Of a stretch of 27,792 bases of DNA, positions 25,390 through 27,792 are shown one piece after another. This DNA is from a virus (Duplodnaviria > Caudoviricetes): the IMG/VR virus record IMGVR_UViG_3300032243_000944, positions 1-27,792 of that record, one strand, 5' to 3'. Position 1 is the stretch's first letter. Every line of letters starts with the position of its first letter. The notes under the pieces are model-generated. The model was given only the letters and a program-made list of their open reading frames with translations, was not told the DNA's origin and made no database searches. The position numbers were made by a program, and so were the translations under genes.

Positions 25390-26031
25390 ATGGCCGTTGC
25401 ATCATTATCAAGAATGACAGTGCCCCTGGCAAGCGATCAAAGCGCAAGCAATCAGGGCTTGCTCATGCCCAAACTCAAATATCGCTTTCGAGTGGTATTT
25501 GAAAACTTTGGCGTGAGTACACCTAGAACAGAATTAACCAAACAGGTCATGGACTTCAAGCGTCCCACAGTGAGTTTTGACCCTATCGTTATTCCAATCT
25601 ACAACAGTGAATTGAAACTGTCAGGTAAAGCACACTGGACAGACGTCACATGCACCTTGCGTGATGATGCGTCGGGCGCTACCACTCGCTTGGTTGGCGA
25701 ACAACTACAGAAACAAATGGACTTCCTGGAAATGGCTTCGGCTGCTTCGGGCATTGATTACAAGTTTACCACAAGATTCGAAGTACTAGATGGTGGCAAT
25801 GGTGCTGCCACACCTATTGTTCTTGAAACATGGGAACTGTATGGTTGCTATCTGTCATCCGTTGACTACGGTGATGCTAGTTATGGCACCAATGATCCAA
25901 TGACTATTGCAATGACTATTGTTTACGACAATGCTAACCAAACACCTAACGGTACTGGTGTCGGCACTGCAATTGCTAGAACAGTGAATGACGTTGTGAC
26001 TGGTGCTGGTACTGCTCAGGCAGCCCAGTAA
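25390..26031 (+). CDS. gp19: Tail tube protein (T4 gp19-like)
   Basis: Follows the sheath gene. PKLKYRFRV-F...RP-V...GK--W--VT-TLRDD...W-LYGCY---VDYG---Y......I-MTI-YD fits the tube fold pattern. The true start is 25390 (SD and promoter), not 25348. Confidence 0.88.
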   Translation: MAVASLSRMTVPLASDQSASNQGLLMPKLKYRFRVVFENFGVSTPRTELTKQVMDFKRPTVSFDPIVIPIYNSELKLSGKAHWTDVTCTLRDDASGATTRLVGEQLQKQMDFLEMASAASGIDYKFTTRFEVLDGGNGAATPIVLETWELYGCYLSSVDYGDASYGTNDPMTIAMTIVYDNANQTPNGTGVGTAIARTVNDVVTGAGTAQAAQ

Positions 26032-26043
26032 GGATAGACCGAT

Positions 26044-27186
26044 ATGCAATGGGGTCAGGACTTCCTGACAGGTTTTTTTGGCGCACAAGGTCTCAAAGAC
26101 TACGCACACGCCAGCAAAACCTTTAGAACCAACGGATATGAACTTGCTCCACGGAACAAGTTCCTTTTTCACGTTTACTTTAATCTCAACACAAGTGAAA
26201 TACCCACACTGAAAAATATTTTTAGTGCAAGTGATCAAAGCAGTTTGGGATTGTTGGTCAAGGCCATCCAGTTACCGAACTATACTCTTGACACTGAAAC
26301 ACTAAATCAGTACAATCGTAAAAGAGTAATACAAAAGAAAATCAATTATCTACCAGTGTCCATGACATTTCATGATGATGGTGGCGACCTAAGTCGCAAT
26401 CTTTGGTACAACTACTACAGTTACTACTACAAAGATCCCAATCAACAGTATGGATCAGCCAGCAATCAAAATGGCAGTATTGGTCAAGTGGCCAACGAGC
26501 CAGGCTTTGCATATGGTGCAAGAGACATCTACGATGCCAACAGGCCTGTAAATGATTGGGGTTTTGTCGGCGAAGCATATGACCAAGGCTCTGCAGGCGC
26601 AAGCGGTAGTCTTGGCGGCAATCAGAGTACTGGTAAACCTGCTTTTTTTAGAGATATCACTATCTATGGCATGGATCAACACAAGTGGGCCAGTTACGTA
26701 TTGATTAATCCTTTAATCAAAGAGTGGAAACACGATCAGTACAACTATGCCGAAGGCGGCGGCGTTATGGAAAATAGTATGACCGTAGAATACGAAACTG
26801 TAAAATACTACTCGGGCGCCATTGGCGGGTCAAGACCTGACACTAATGTCAAAGGATTTGCTGATCCTGCACACTATGACAACATTAGATCTAGCCTGGC
26901 TAGACCTGGCAGCACAAGAACTGTGCTAGGTCAAGGTGGCCTGTTGGATGCAGGAATTGGTATTGTGCAAGACTTACAAAGTGGGGGAGTAACAGGCATT
27001 ATTGGTGCGGTGCAAAAGGCCGGTACTGCTTACAACACATTCAAAGGCGCCAACATCAAGAGTGTGGTCAATGAAGAAGCCAATGCGGCAGTCAAAGCCG
27101 TGATACGCAACAGCATTCCTGGTGCTGTGAGACAACAACAAGGTGGATCGGGTGGCTTTGTGTTTCCTAGATCACCAGGAGCATAA
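26044..27186 (+). CDS. Tail tube-fold baseplate protein (gp54/gp48-like tube initiator)
   Basis: LLVKAIQLP...NQYNRKR......Y-PV-MTFHDD and YVLINP-I....HD-Y-Y...SMTVEYE resemble the gp19/gp54 fold. Located directly after the tube gene. Confidence 0.6.
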   Translation: MQWGQDFLTGFFGAQGLKDYAHASKTFRTNGYELAPRNKFLFHVYFNLNTSEIPTLKNIFSASDQSSLGLLVKAIQLPNYTLDTETLNQYNRKRVIQKKINYLPVSMTFHDDGGDLSRNLWYNYYSYYYKDPNQQYGSASNQNGSIGQVANEPGFAYGARDIYDANRPVNDWGFVGEAYDQGSAGASGSLGGNQSTGKPAFFRDITIYGMDQHKWASYVLINPLIKEWKHDQYNYAEGGGVMENSMTVEYETVKYYSGAIGGSRPDTNVKGFADPAHYDNIRSSLARPGSTRTVLGQGGLLDAGIGIVQDLQSGGVTGIIGAVQKAGTAYNTFKGANIKSVVNEEANAAVKAVIRNSIPGAVRQQQGGSGGFVFPRSPGA

Positions 27187-27188
27187 TC

Positions 27189-27551
27189 ATGGGCGGCTCA
27201 GTTAACGCACCTAACCCAAACAATGATTTAACTGTTAGAATCTTTGACGGCTTCTACAGTTATGAACAGTTTGTGAGTGCAGAAGAATACGACGTGGTAT
27301 ACAGTTATCTCAAGAGTGTGTTCACCACAGATGCTGCCGCCGGCAACTTTACTGTGGCCTTGTTTAGAATTGCTGATGAAACTCGCACACCGGTGCTGAC
27401 AGTCTTGCAGAGTTTGGAAGGCCAAGACTCACTCACACTCACACAAACCTTGTGCTACTACCTTAATAACATGAGAAGTGGTAGTACTTTGTTGGGTTTT
27501 GGTGCCACAGTCACACCCAACTACTATACCGCAAGGAACGTGTTGGCATGA
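27189..27551 (+). CDS. Hypothetical protein, 120 aa (probably morphogenesis)
   Basis: Tightly packed ORF in the late operon, with a 2-nt gap upstream and an ATGA overlap downstream. Confidence 0.7.
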   Translation: MGGSVNAPNPNNDLTVRIFDGFYSYEQFVSAEEYDVVYSYLKSVFTTDAAAGNFTVALFRIADETRTPVLTVLQSLEGQDSLTLTQTLCYYLNNMRSGSTLLGFGATVTPNYYTARNVLA

Positions 27552-27792
27552 GTCGTTGGGCCAATGGCATATACACACTAACTAATCCTGCCAAGTATGT
27601 GGGCAAAGGCCAACCTAGATACAGATCCGGTTGGGAACATGCATTTTTCAAGTTCTGCGACAACAATGATGCTGTGCTACAGTGGGCTAGTGAAAGCATA
27701 GCCATACCCTATCGCAATCCTATTACGGGCAAGCAGAGTCAATACATACCCGACATCATGATGACTTATCGCACTAGAGGCAATCAAGTGCG
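27548..27792 (+). CDS. gp4: Head completion protein (T4 gp4-like, TnsA-type nuclease fold), 3'-truncated
   Basis: Translated by hand (not in the ORF track): MSRWANGIYTLTNPAKYVGKGQPRYRSGWEHAFFKFCDNNDAVLQWASESIAIPYRNPITGKQSQYIPDI..., matching gp4 motifs NP-KY-G, YRS-WE, W-SE---IPY, Y-PD. Confidence 0.88.
   Translation, partial: MSRWANGIYTLTNPAKYVGKGQPRYRSGWEHAFFKFCDNNDAVLQWASESIAIPYRNPITGKQSQYIPDIMMTYRTRGNQV

Noticed and set aside
21814-27186. Bacterial contractile injection system or tailocin
   Set aside because: Head-related genes (gp13, gp14, gp4), a dNMP kinase and T4 late promoters indicate a true phage.
1-27792. Stop-codon reassignment as in some large phages
   Set aside because: Genes are full-length and tightly packed in code 11. 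TAA, TGA and TAG (NUDIX) all act as stops.
1-27792. tRNA, rRNA or structured ncRNA genes
   Set aside because: All intergenic gaps are under ~100 bp and are explained by promoters or terminators. No cloverleaf motifs were noticed.

Overview
This is a 27.8 kb segment of a large T4-like (Tevenvirinae-related) contractile-tailed phage genome, covering virion morphogenesis and read in the standard genetic code. The left 15 kb holds four very large G/N/T/S/A/V-rich fibre or appendage genes built from shared modules: a 17-aa GN(V/I)TGGNLLTGGLISAT-type repeat, PKD-like domains and C-terminal intramolecular-chaperone-like domains. A tail-fibre chaperone with an unusual MTxEQWL repeat tail sits among them. 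The right half holds homologues of T4 gp15, gp14, gp13, gp18 (enlarged), gp19, a tube paralogue and gp4. These are interleaved with a NUDIX hydrolase, a DEDDh exonuclease, a dNMP kinase, a degenerate HNH/Zn-finger protein and a 378-aa unknown gene. Regulatory signals are visible: T4-type late promoters (TATAAATA), two strong sigma70-type early promoters, probable leaderless transcripts, a start-codon-occluding hairpin at the gp13-like gene, and one intrinsic terminator. Leading hypotheses are a shared docking-module system that decorates neck and sheath with fibres, N-glycosylation of sequon-rich fibres, and an early/late translational switch. All family assignments come from motif recognition by eye, not database searches.
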